The notes: generated by a model from the sequence alone, not told the origin. Positions 32,077 through 41,274 are shown, counted from the stretch's first letter. The stretch: DNA of 64,000 bases from Gammaproteobacteria bacterium (GCA_026709505.1 JAPOSW010000080.1:4811-68810); one strand, 5' to 3'. A program made the numbers and translations.

Positions 32077-32652
32077 TTGGCTAAATTCATACACACTATA
32101 GAAAGCCTGAGTACTTGGTTTGGTCGGGCTTTCGGGTGGTGTATACTGATTCTTACTCTCTCTGTATCCTACGAGGTCTTCGTTCGATATGTGCTGAATG
32201 CACCGACGGTCTGGGCATTTGACATGATGGTCCAGATGTACGGCGCATTGTTCATGATGGCCGGTGCATACACACTTGCCCAGGATGGGCATGTCAGGGG
32301 CGATGTCCTCTATCGATTATTCCCGGTTCGTGTACAGGCGATGATTGACTTCGTTCTGTATATTCTTTTCTTTTTTCCTGGCATGCTGGCCTTGTTCTGG
32401 TTCGGAGCAGAAATTGCTTCTGACTCCTGGCGCTACAAGGAAGTCAGCTGGAACAGTCCTGCTAGAATTCAAATCTACTACTTCAAGACACTGATTCCGG
32501 TCGCCGGTGGACTCCTGATTATCCAGGGCGTTGCGGAACTCTTGCGCTGCTGGATCGCCATGCGCCATGGACATTGGCTTGAGCGAATTGAGGATGTCAG
32601 GGAAACCGAAGACATGGCCTCCTCATTCGATTTGGATGCTTCCACAAAGTGA
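32077..32652 (+). CDS. TRAP small permease (DctQ-like), canonical size
   Basis: 191 aa from a TTG start with GGGAGG upstream; 4 TM; ..AYTLAQDGHVRGDVLY... Confidence 0.8.
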   Translation: MAKFIHTIESLSTWFGRAFGWCILILTLSVSYEVFVRYVLNAPTVWAFDMMVQMYGALFMMAGAYTLAQDGHVRGDVLYRLFPVRVQAMIDFVLYILFFFPGMLALFWFGAEIASDSWRYKEVSWNSPARIQIYYFKTLIPVAGGLLIIQGVAELLRCWIAMRHGHWLERIEDVRETEDMASSFDLDASTK

Positions 32653-32731
32653 AACCAGCGGATTACCGGGACTTTACGCTCCCAAGTTACAGGCCACATG
32701 CATGTGTGGTGCTTGTTGAGGACAAATAAGA

Positions 32732-34099
32732 ATGACAAATCCTGAAGTTGCGATATTGATGCTGGGGTTGTTTATCTTCCTGGTACTACTCGGTTTCCCA
32801 ATCGCATTTACGCTTGTCGCAATGGGAGTTGGCTTTGGCTATTACGCCTATCATCAAGCCGGGTCCATTCAGGAAATCACTGATGCGTTCAACAACCAGA
32901 TTTTCTATCTCCTGAACCAGAACACCTACTCGGTGATGGAGAACGACGTGCTGGTCGCGATTCCACTATTCCTGTTCATGGGCTATGTGGTGGAACGTGC
33001 AAATATTGTCAACCGTCTGTTCAAGTCTCTCCAGCTTGCTGCCCGGAATTTACCCGGTTCAATGGCTATCGCGGCACTGATTACCTGTGCCGTATTCTCA
33101 ACAGCGAGCGGAATCGTTGGAGCCGTGGTCACGCTTATGGGACTTCTTGCCTTTCCCGCAATGGCCAATGCTAGCTATCGCAAGGACTTTAGCGCTGGAG
33201 TAATCTGTGCTGGCGGTACACTGGGCATTCTGATACCGCCCTCGATCATGTTAATTGTCTATTCAGCGATTGCTGAGCTCTCCCCACTCAGACTGTATGC
33301 TGCTGCCGTGTTTCCGGGCTTGATGCTGGCCGGGCTGTACATCGTGTACGTCATGATTCGCGTTTTTATCAACCCCCAAATCGCGCCGAAACCGGCTTAT
33401 GATGAAAGCGTCACGCGGGGGCAGATTTACATGAGCCTTCTGACTTCGTTCGTCCCGCTAACCGTACTGATCATGCTGGTGCTCGGATCAATTCTTGGAG
33501 GCTTGGCTACCCCGGCAGAAGCAGCCGGCATGGGTGCCTTGGGAGGATTGGTGCTAGCCGTATGCTATCGTTCACTGACCTGGCAGAAGGTAAAGGAATC
33601 CGTCTTTTTGACTGCCAAGGCGACCGCCATGGTCTGCTGGCTGTTTGTCGGTTCCTGGACATTCGCCTCGGTATTTTCATATCTTGGTGGACATGATGTG
33701 ATTGAACACTGGATACTGGCCATGAATCTCCAGCCATGGCAGTTTTTGATTCTTGCCCAGTTGATTATCTTCCTCTTGGGCTGGCCGCTCGAATGGTCGG
33801 AAATACTGATCATATTCGTTCCCATCTTTCTGCCGATGCTTGATACATTCGGCGTCAATCCCTACTTTTTCGCGATGCTGGTTGCGCTTAATCTGCAAAC
33901 ATCCTTTCTAACACCGCCCATGGCCATGTCGGCCTTTTATCTGAAGGGTGTGCTGAAGAAGCAAATCGAGCTTGTAGAAATATTCAAGGGCATACTGCCA
34001 TATCTTGGAATCGTGATATTTAGCATGTTCATGATGTACATGTTCCCGCAAATCGCCCTGTGGTTCCCGGATTACCTGTTTGGCCCCTACATTCCCTGA
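32732..34099 (+). CDS. TRAP large permease (DctM-like), canonical size
   Basis: 455 aa, polytopic, with ..LNLQTSFLTPPMAMSAFYLKGV.. shared with the 889-aa paralog. Confidence 0.9.
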   Translation: MTNPEVAILMLGLFIFLVLLGFPIAFTLVAMGVGFGYYAYHQAGSIQEITDAFNNQIFYLLNQNTYSVMENDVLVAIPLFLFMGYVVERANIVNRLFKSLQLAARNLPGSMAIAALITCAVFSTASGIVGAVVTLMGLLAFPAMANASYRKDFSAGVICAGGTLGILIPPSIMLIVYSAIAELSPLRLYAAAVFPGLMLAGLYIVYVMIRVFINPQIAPKPAYDESVTRGQIYMSLLTSFVPLTVLIMLVLGSILGGLATPAEAAGMGALGGLVLAVCYRSLTWQKVKESVFLTAKATAMVCWLFVGSWTFASVFSYLGGHDVIEHWILAMNLQPWQFLILAQLIIFLLGWPLEWSEILIIFVPIFLPMLDTFGVNPYFFAMLVALNLQTSFLTPPMAMSAFYLKGVLKKQIELVEIFKGILPYLGIVIFSMFMMYMFPQIALWFPDYLFGPYIP

Positions 34100-34105
34100 C
34101 CATTG

Positions 34106-35455
34106 ATGACGGCAAGCCAACCGGACGATGCGGACCGGTCCGGTCTAACAGTCTGTCAATGCCTTGAACTAATGGATCAAGGATCCATTGACTCGGAATC
34201 CCTGGTTAAGGGTTACCTCAAGATCATTGATGAATCGGACACTCGCATCAGGGCATGGGCAAAGGTGGATCATGATTTAGCGCTTGACCAAGCCAAAAAC
34301 CGTGATGATCTTCGGAAACGCGGGATGCCAACCGGTTCGCTCCATGGAATACCCGTTGGTGTAAAAGACATTATCGATACCTCGGATTTGCCGACTGAAC
34401 TTGGCAGTGAGTTCTTTCAGGGGCGAGAGCCTCAAAGTGATGCAGCTGTGGTTGAACGGCTCAAGGAAGCGGGTGCAGTAATCATGGGCAAGACCCGGAC
34501 TACTGAACTGGCCTACATGCACCCTTCGGTCACGCGTAATCCATGGAATACCGATTACAGCCCCGGAGGGTCCTCAAGTGGTTCGGCCTCGGCTGTTGCC
34601 ATGGGTCAAGTTCCACTTGCTCTCGGCAGTCAAACTCACGGTTCGGTTATTCGACCGGCCTCGCATTGTGGCGTGTATGGGTTCAAACCCAGTCGAGGAA
34701 TGATCTCAAGAAGAGGGGTACTCCAAACCTCATACCATTTGGACCAGATGGGTGGATTTGCAACCAGCCTTGAAGATCTCGCCTTGCTTACCGACTCATT
34801 AACTGGCTTTGATGCATCTGATCGAATGTGCCCACTTCGCCCGCGACCCGATTGTCTGGCGGGGTTAAAGTCGGAAGTGCCAATCGAGCCAACCCTGTTG
34901 TGGTTCGAGCTGCCTTATGCTTCGCGCTATTCCAAAGAACTGGCTGATGGTTGCGAAGAGCTGATTGCAGAAATCGGTGTGCACATTGAGCGAATAGAGG
35001 CACCGCTTTCGTTTGCAGGACTGATTGAAAGTCATCGAATTATCTATGGATATGAACTCTACTGGTCACTGCTTGATCTTGGAATTCTTGAGTCGAGTGC
35101 AGCCAGCAATACTCTAAAGGAAGATGCCAAGACGATAGGTGCCATAACGGAAAATCAATACAATGATGCACTGGAAGCGATGCATGCCGCCGACAACTGG
35201 TTTGTTCGATTTTTCTATGATTATGATGCAATACTCACGCCTTCGGCTCCTGATATTGCACCACGTTTTGAGGAGGGAACCGGAGATCCATGCTGTTCCA
35301 CAATCTGGACATTGGCTGGGCTACCCTGCCTCAGTATGCCCTTACTGGTCGGTAGAGATGACATGCCGATCGGAATCCAGTTGGTTGGCGCAAAAGAGCA
35401 GGATGACAGGCTGTTTCGAACAGCGCGCTGGCTGCTGGAGTTTTTATCGAAATAA
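34106..35455 (+). CDS. amidase (amidase-signature family)
   Basis: ~449 aa with the GGSSSGSASAVA signature and a catalytic Lys region (GIPVGVKD). Confidence 0.85.
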   Translation: MTASQPDDADRSGLTVCQCLELMDQGSIDSESLVKGYLKIIDESDTRIRAWAKVDHDLALDQAKNRDDLRKRGMPTGSLHGIPVGVKDIIDTSDLPTELGSEFFQGREPQSDAAVVERLKEAGAVIMGKTRTTELAYMHPSVTRNPWNTDYSPGGSSSGSASAVAMGQVPLALGSQTHGSVIRPASHCGVYGFKPSRGMISRRGVLQTSYHLDQMGGFATSLEDLALLTDSLTGFDASDRMCPLRPRPDCLAGLKSEVPIEPTLLWFELPYASRYSKELADGCEELIAEIGVHIERIEAPLSFAGLIESHRIIYGYELYWSLLDLGILESSAASNTLKEDAKTIGAITENQYNDALEAMHAADNWFVRFFYDYDAILTPSAPDIAPRFEEGTGDPCCSTIWTLAGLPCLSMPLLVGRDDMPIGIQLVGAKEQDDRLFRTARWLLEFLSK

Positions 35456-35564
35456 GCAGTCAGAGCTAATTTCTCGTTGAATCCAGTATGGAGTACGATT
35501 ACAAGAGTGTTTACAAACTGAACATTATGTTCAATCATTACATCCCAATGAACAGTAAGCGGAG

Positions 35565-36167
35565 ATGAAAATGAGCAGGACGACCAAACAGGAAGAAGAA
35601 ACGATGGAGTTTCCCGTGGACGAATTTACGATGCCGTCCAACTTTGCAAGGAAACATGTTCTCCGTCATTCTCGAGAGGCACGTGAAGCGGTTGCGAACA
35701 CTTCGGAAGCATCGGCTACGCAATCGAATCATGCGGTCGGATTGAAAGCACCGGTAGTCCCTCCACCGGATTTTACCGGTGTTGGGAAAGTGCCGGAATC
35801 GTTGCGGCCGTTCGTCGTTTACCCGAATGCTGACGAGGAAATCATTGGCGTTTCCAATGCCGCCGAGCGGCTTGCTATATCTCGCACAACGGTTTATGAG
35901 TGGGCAAAAACAAACAAGCTGATCGCATGGAGGGTTGCAAAGCGTGTTTTGCGTATTCCGGCGAAGCAGATCATCAGTAAGGGACACGTTGTTCCAGGTC
36001 TTAAGGATGTTGTGTTGGCAATTGGGGATCCTGAACTGGCCTGGACCTTCCTGACACAGGAATGGGCGTTTGAGGAGACGGTTGCGTTGCCACTTGAATT
36101 GCTTAAGGACGGCCGTATCGACGAAGTACTGTGTGCGGCACCGGTATTCGGCACCACATTCACGTGA
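35565..36167 (+). CDS. HTH (excisionase-type) plus ParS/DUF2384-like antitoxin
   Basis: 200 aa. The central segment ..AAERLAISRTTVYEWAKTNKLIAWRV.. is an HTH. The C-terminus ..DPELAWTFLTQEWAFEETVALPLELLKDGRIDEV.. resembles the RES-partner toxin-binding domain. The stop overlaps the downstream GTG (GTGA). Confidence 0.6.
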   Translation: MKMSRTTKQEEETMEFPVDEFTMPSNFARKHVLRHSREAREAVANTSEASATQSNHAVGLKAPVVPPPDFTGVGKVPESLRPFVVYPNADEEIIGVSNAAERLAISRTTVYEWAKTNKLIAWRVAKRVLRIPAKQIISKGHVVPGLKDVVLAIGDPELAWTFLTQEWAFEETVALPLELLKDGRIDEVLCAAPVFGTTFT

Positions 36168-36778
36168 GTGGAAGCACTTATCAAGGAAACCAGATCAAAG
36201 CCATTCAGTTTGAAGAGTCTATCTCTTTGAGCTATCGGATCATGCCGTTCCAACATCGCTCGAATCCACTTGGAACAAGTCCGGCAGATTCTCGCTTCTG
36301 TACCCTAAACTGCGGCTGCGGGTTCACGGTTCTTTACATGGCGACGGAATTTGCAACGGCCTTCATTGAGACGGTGGTAAGAGACAGGTTAGAGGGGCCC
36401 ACAACCGTACGATCAAGGTGAAGGAAGTCACGGAGCGAGTCTTGACAACCCTATCAACGAAACCGAAGGTAGCATTGAAGCTGCTGGACCTGCGCGGAAG
36501 CGGATGTTACACGGATCGGTGCTCCCACCGATACGGTAAATGCGAGAAATCACGCCGCAGGAAGGGCATTCTCAAAATGTATCCATATGGAGCATCCCGA
36601 AGTTGACGGTATCATCCATGCTTCCCGCCTGACCGGGAAAGACGTCTATGCCATTTTTGACCGTGCTGTTGGAAAGCTTGATTCGACCCCAACAAGACCG
36701 CTGGAAGACCATCCTGATCTCCCGGAAATTTTTCAAGAGTATGGAATCAATCTGATTCTACAAACCTACCACACTTAA
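36164..36778 (+). pseudogene. RES-domain toxin with two compensating indels
   Basis: Sense runs in frame 2 (..PLGTSPADSRF...VLYMATEFATAFIETVVRDRLEG). It moves to frame 1 (..NRTIKVKEVTERVLTTLSTKPKVALKLLDLRGSG). It returns to frame 2 (..TRIGAPTDTVNARNHAAGRAFSKCIHMEHPEVDGIIHASRLTGKDVYAIFD..). Frame 2 hits TGA at 36419. Confidence 0.6.
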
Positions 36779-37419
36779 TGGAAGGTCTGCCCCGTCAGGT
36801 TGGCGGACCATTCCATTACTTAAGACTTGAACCGGGTTGTTGAATTTACGTTTTTAAATCCACTGTTATCTACTGTCTCACCGGCTACTGATCAGAGCGT
36901 TGCACCCAGAGAATACGCAAAAGTCGGAATATCGTTCAGTTTTCAGCATTCACCCAGGAAATTCAAGACATGGCCGGAGCAAGGAAGGCGGATACCTGCT
37001 AACTGAAAGGGTCGGTCGGGTGGATTTGCGGTCGCTGCGGGCATGGCCCGGAAAACATGACTTGCATGCGGCATCCCGCACTGACCCTCTCCGCCATCAT
37101 AGTAGCGCAACGGCCAGCCGGTCACCGAGCGGCTGCATCGTCTCGACCTCAATCCGCGCCGCGTCCCGACTATCGCAGGCTCACACCTGGCCAGAAAACC
37201 AGGCACTGCTCGCTCCTGCCGCTTGCGAATGTTGATCCTTGGGTGCCAAACATGCGCTCGAGTGCGGCATGCCCGTAGGCGGGAAATCACGTCGGAATGC
37301 CTGCGACCAGTAGCCAAACCACCCATGAATGGAAAAATCACACCCGGAATCTGGGCAGAGAACAGCTCAAAAAAAGAAAAAAATTTGCCTTGAATAAGTA
37401 GTTAACCGGCCGCTTATTT

Positions 37420-37428
37420 TGCTATAAT
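37420..37428 (+). promoter_or_regulatory. extended -10 element (TGcTATAAT) 9 nt before ATG 37438
   Basis: Read directly. There is no Shine-Dalgarno between it and the ATG, which suggests a leaderless or near-leaderless transcript. Confidence 0.35.
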
Positions 37429-37437
37429 GCCTGCACT

Positions 37438-37644
37438 ATGCTTCCAAAAATAATTCCCATCATCGCTGGGCTGGCAGGTTTGTTTGTCCTGTATGCCTTC
37501 ATTATTGGCCTGTCCTGGAGCATATCCAATGGATTCGCTGGAATTCTGGGTGGTCTGCCGTTTGCCTTCATCATTGCTTTTGTGCTGCCGATGGCTGCAT
37601 ATGACTATTGGGATTCCTGCATTCGCGAAAAGTCGGATAAATAG
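37438..37644 (+). CDS. small two-TM membrane protein (68 aa)
   Basis: MLPKIIPIIAGLAGLFVLYAFIIGLSW...LPFAFIIAFVLPMAAYDYW... Hydrophobic, no recognised family. Confidence 0.4.
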   Translation: MLPKIIPIIAGLAGLFVLYAFIIGLSWSISNGFAGILGGLPFAFIIAFVLPMAAYDYWDSCIREKSDK

Positions 37645-37650
37645 GTCCTT

Positions 37651-37712
37651 AATTCCACTATGAAGTGCAACACCCGGGGGTCCGGTGGCATGTTGCACTT
37701 CATAGTGGAATT
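37651..37712. repeat. perfect 22-bp inverted repeat with 18-nt loop
   Basis: aattccactatgaagtgcaaca (37651-37672) is the exact reverse complement of tgttgcacttcatagtggaatt (37691-37712). Neither side has a flanking T-tract. Confidence 0.9.
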
Positions 37713-38172
37713 TGCTATCTTCACCATAGCGAACCAATGAGTGCCGATGGTTCACGTTTAAGAAGAATCAGCTCAGTTTCTGCTAGTCAGAGTGGACATT
37801 GGAATGCACGGGGAGGTTCGGGGGAGCGCTGGATTATCCGATGTACTCTGTACTCGTTCATGCAGTCTAATGGATTACCTCCAAACACCTCTAGGGTCAG
37901 CACTCCCAGGTTGCCGCGTACTATGTCCTTCAGGTTGTGGACATGACAGGCACTGATCGCATCGAACTCGTTTGATCAAAAAACATCAAGACTGTGGTTC
38001 GAAAATGCAGCTTAAAGTGATCCATACAGTACGTGCATCCCCTTCACGCTGGAATAGCCAAAGATGATATTCCAAGGGCCCTGGGCCCTGATGGGTGATC
38101 AACCTGCAGGCTGGTATCAAAATGCAGTGATCAGGTGGATAGAGTTCTTGATAGCGCAAGTCAGCCAGCATC

Positions 38173-38532
38173 TCAAGCAATCGCATACTGGATATCGAAT
38201 TCAGTAGCTTTTGTGATAGGTTGGACCTTTCTGCTATCGTGTCTCCGCAATTCGACAATGCCATATTTCTCCATGGTTTTGAGCGTGCGGCTAAGATTGC
38301 TGGATTTACGACCGCTGAGCTCAGCAAGCTCTTTCAAGGTTTCAGGCTGATGTTCGTCAATTAACTTTAACAAGCGTACATTATTGTCGCTTAGCACTTC
38401 ACTCAGGGACTTCATGGAACTAAACCAAATTTTTGGCTCATCATGCTCAGGTTTCAATTTACCCGCGGCAATATCAATAGTACGTCGCTGAAACTGCTCA
38501 TGGGCCATGATGCCAATTTTTAATTTCTTCAT
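38173..38532 (-). CDS. MarR-like HTH antitoxin (TumA-like partner of DUF6516/TumE-type toxins; family name from memory)
   Basis: 119 aa: MKKLKIGIMAHEQFQRRTIDIAAGKLKP..EPKIWFSSMKSLSEVLSDNNVRLLKLI....ETLKELAELSGRKSSNLSRTLKTMEKYGIVEL. It overlaps the upstream gene by 4 nt. Confidence 0.55.
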   Translation of the reverse strand: MKKLKIGIMAHEQFQRRTIDIAAGKLKPEHDEPKIWFSSMKSLSEVLSDNNVRLLKLIDEHQPETLKELAELSGRKSSNLSRTLKTMEKYGIVELRRHDSRKVQPITKATEFDIQYAIA

Positions 38533-38923
38533 TTTGATACTTCCTTAAGAATTCTGTTTACTTCATTGAAAAAGTCCTCAATTAGTTGCTGAGCACTGGA
38601 AAAAGCATAGGCCATACCCTTGTCAGCTGCCGGTTTATGCATGTGATCATAAGCAACTATTCTGCCTTTATATTTGCCCCTTTTCCTGGGTTTCACCGCA
38701 TGGGCATTATCGAATCCCATGATACGCTGGTTAGAGCGATTGTGCAGGGCGAGATTGTATCGAATGCCATGGATATCGCTCTGGTGGGGGAAACCCTGTA
38801 AGCTTCGATTTTATACCTGTAGCCACTTTCATCGGTGTATTCGGTATCATTAAGCTCCAATAAGACGTCTAGCCCTGGGTCAGACTTCACAAAATCCATT
38901 TTTTGAAATTGGGCAGTTATCAT
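38529..38923 (-). pseudogene. TumE/DUF6516-like toxin, frameshifted at a C5 (plus-strand G5) run
   Basis: MITAQFQKMDF...GYRYKIEAYRVSP runs in one frame. HQSDIHGIRYNLALHNRSNQRIMGFDNAHAV...YDHMH...LIEDFFNEV continues in another. Adding one C to the run at 38786-38790 joins them as ..RVSPHQSDIHG... Confidence 0.5.
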
Positions 38924-38936
38924 TGGATGATAACTA

Positions 38937-39007
38937 TCATAGTGGAAGTAATAGTGAAAAGTCACTTTTTTGGTGTCCCAATTCCACTCTAAAGTGCAAC
39001 ACCCTGG
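38937..39007. repeat. degenerate second copy of the 37651-37712 palindromic element
   Basis: 38980-39007 matches 37651-37678 at 25/28 positions. 38937-38947 (tcatagtggaa) matches part of the other arm. The copy lies between the TumE-like start and the DUF1513 stop. Confidence 0.7.
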
Positions 39008-39051
39008 TGAGGAGAGGCTTGTGCGAGCGGGTATACAGCTTCGAACTGTTC

Positions 39052-40185
39052 TCAAACCAGCCCTGAACACAAGTGATTGTCCCATTGAGTATTTTCGTAT
39101 CCTGGCAGGAACAGTGATTTCTTCTGGCTGCTTCTGGCCTGGATAAAAGCCAGTGTTCCTCTCCCGCTAACCAGGAATTCACCATCATTCATGCCGGGCG
39201 CTATTCCGCAGGCATCCGCGATATTGATAGAAGAGAGAAAACCGGGAACACTCGAATTCCACAAAGTCACGCAACCGCCCCGTGGAGAAGAAACTGCCAT
39301 AACCTCACCGCTCACATCAAATGCTATGCTGCCGCAATAGTTTTTCATTGAACGGATTACCGAGAGCGGCTCATGAACCAGTTTCACTTCACTCTTTCCA
39401 TCATGCAACCCAATCAAGGGAACAATATCTCCAGACGGACCCTCATACTGCATGGCCACTCCAACAATTCCCGCTGGATTGACGTCAATATGTCGAATGC
39501 TCAATTGACGAAATTGATCCGCAAGGGAAAATTTGGCAAGGAGTCTCCCATTTTTTCGATTGATGTAGCAAAGAGATGATTCCATCGTCGGCAGATTCAT
39601 TTTGACACGCGGATTGTCCGGATGGGTCAGAATACCGCCGTTGGCTACCACCAGCGTCTCATCGTCTGGATAACATCTTATTTCGTGAGGGCCGATCCCA
39701 TACGATGGAAATTCAGCGATGCGCCGATAACTTTCACTGACATCGTAAACGCCAATCACGCCGCGGCCATTACCATAATCGTTTTCGGTGGCATAGACTA
39801 AGCGTCCCTCAGGTTCGAATGCACCATGCCCGCAGAAGTGCCGTCCCTGTCCTGATTTGAGGTTTTTTACCAGCTGACCATCCATCGGATTAAAAACGAT
39901 GGCAAATGTACCCGGACGTCGAGCAAACAATACTGACTCGCTTGCGCCAGGACGCATTGCAATCGAATGTCCCCGACTCGGCAGCCTGATTTCAGATGTG
40001 CCGATTCCATCGGGAGAAAACCAGACAGCTCCGAAACCGCCCTGCTGACTCTTGTATGCGCTCGCAAATACAGGTACTTGACCGCTTGCAATTCTTGATT
40101 GCGTTAGAGAATACAGCAAACCGCCTTTCAGGATACCGGCAATCAGCACCAGAGCTTTTCTGCGTTCAGTCTCCATCAAGCGCAT
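39052..40185 (-). CDS. DUF1513-family beta-propeller-like protein
   Basis: 377 aa with LPSRGHS, FARRPGTF, GRHFCGHGAF, TENDYGNGRGVIGVYD, GIGPHE, VVANGGILTHPD, LSIRHIDV and SSPRGG, as I recall for DUF1513. Confidence 0.85.
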   Translation of the reverse strand: MRLMETERRKALVLIAGILKGGLLYSLTQSRIASGQVPVFASAYKSQQGGFGAVWFSPDGIGTSEIRLPSRGHSIAMRPGASESVLFARRPGTFAIVFNPMDGQLVKNLKSGQGRHFCGHGAFEPEGRLVYATENDYGNGRGVIGVYDVSESYRRIAEFPSYGIGPHEIRCYPDDETLVVANGGILTHPDNPRVKMNLPTMESSLCYINRKNGRLLAKFSLADQFRQLSIRHIDVNPAGIVGVAMQYEGPSGDIVPLIGLHDGKSEVKLVHEPLSVIRSMKNYCGSIAFDVSGEVMAVSSPRGGCVTLWNSSVPGFLSSINIADACGIAPGMNDGEFLVSGRGTLAFIQARSSQKKSLFLPGYENTQWDNHLCSGLV

Positions 40186-41257
40186 TGAAACCCACGGTCA
40201 TTCCGATAGCTTTGGCTAGTCGGGATCTCACGATCTGCTTCATTGCCAGCACCTGTTTTGCGAGCTTTTCAAGCTGTGGACGTTTTTCTTCATCAATCGC
40301 AGCAACCTCGATCGGAACGTTCAATGACCGTGCATTGGCTAATGTTATACGAAAAGCCTTTTGCATCAGGGCATCAAGGTCGGCATCGGTTCTTGCGGCC
40401 AGTCTACCCAGCCCGACGTTGCCGTCGACTCCATAAAGTTCTTCAAGGGCATTCAGGGTAACCACGATATTGCGCATCGACCGCGCACTTGGGCGGGATT
40501 CAGCCAATACCGGGCGTGCATTGACAATACTCTCTCCCACGACCGGCTTTAAATTGATGTCGTATGCAAACTGGAGACTATTGTAGAGGCTCTGAAAGAA
40601 ACTCAGCGTTGCCGTTGCATGATTTTCATAAAAAGGGTTGTCCGCATCCGGCTGTTTCATGAACTGTGCATAGGCCGTATTACGATCACGCCAATCTTCC
40701 AGGGTGCCGATTGCCATATTCTCCATGTTGTGTGCAACGGCAACCAGAAGACTGCAGTTTTGGGATTGATTTTCGCTGCCGCCACCGAAAAAACGTTCAT
40801 TGAACAGTAGTGCTTCGGCTGCCAGCAACCCTTGCACCGCTACATTGGAATCGGTTAATTCCCCCGTAGCTCCGGAAACCGCCATTTCAGCCAGGGAGTC
40901 GACTACTTTGCCTCGCGCCTGTGGCCAAAAGTAGAAACGAAACTGGCGCATTAAAAATTCGATGGGGCCAAACTGTATGTGTGCAATTCCAAACCAGGCA
41001 TCCATGACCTTGTGAAAGTCATCGCGCAGAACTGACAGTTCTGCCCCTTCTGATTCATTGCAAAACGATCGTGCTGTCGTTAAGAACCCTGAAGCGTTCT
41101 GAACCAGGACTTCGTAGCGCGGAATAACGTGCGAATCAATCAAGTAGGCGTTGACTCTGGCGTAGTCAGCTTCAGAAATCTCCCGAACCTGATCGGCCTT
41201 GACTGTCATCGTCGCCATCATGAAGACAACAGCACCCAAACAAGTGATTCTCAGCAT
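40166..41257 (-). CDS. imelysin-like protein (lacks the HxxE His)
   Basis: 363 aa with a signal peptide and an imelysin-like helical sequence. At the motif position it reads GLLAAEALLF, i.e. no His. Confidence 0.8.
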   Translation of the reverse strand: MLRITCLGAVVFMMATMTVKADQVREISEADYARVNAYLIDSHVIPRYEVLVQNASGFLTTARSFCNESEGAELSVLRDDFHKVMDAWFGIAHIQFGPIEFLMRQFRFYFWPQARGKVVDSLAEMAVSGATGELTDSNVAVQGLLAAEALLFNERFFGGGSENQSQNCSLLVAVAHNMENMAIGTLEDWRDRNTAYAQFMKQPDADNPFYENHATATLSFFQSLYNSLQFAYDINLKPVVGESIVNARPVLAESRPSARSMRNIVVTLNALEELYGVDGNVGLGRLAARTDADLDALMQKAFRITLANARSLNVPIEVAAIDEEKRPQLEKLAKQVLAMKQIVRSRLAKAIGMTVGFNALDGD

Positions 41258-41274
41258 GCAGATATCCTCTTCAT

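Noticed and set aside
37712-38172. Minus-strand fragments MRLLEMLADLRYQELYPPDH...GPLEYHLWLFQREGDARTVWITLS (possibly a ParE/RelE-like relic) and ..FDAISACHVHNLKDIVRGNLGVLTLEVFGGNPLD...
   Set aside because: The resemblance to RelE/ParE (G..EYR...F....D....I) is too weak to call without a profile search. I mention them only as debris inside the repeat-bracketed insert.
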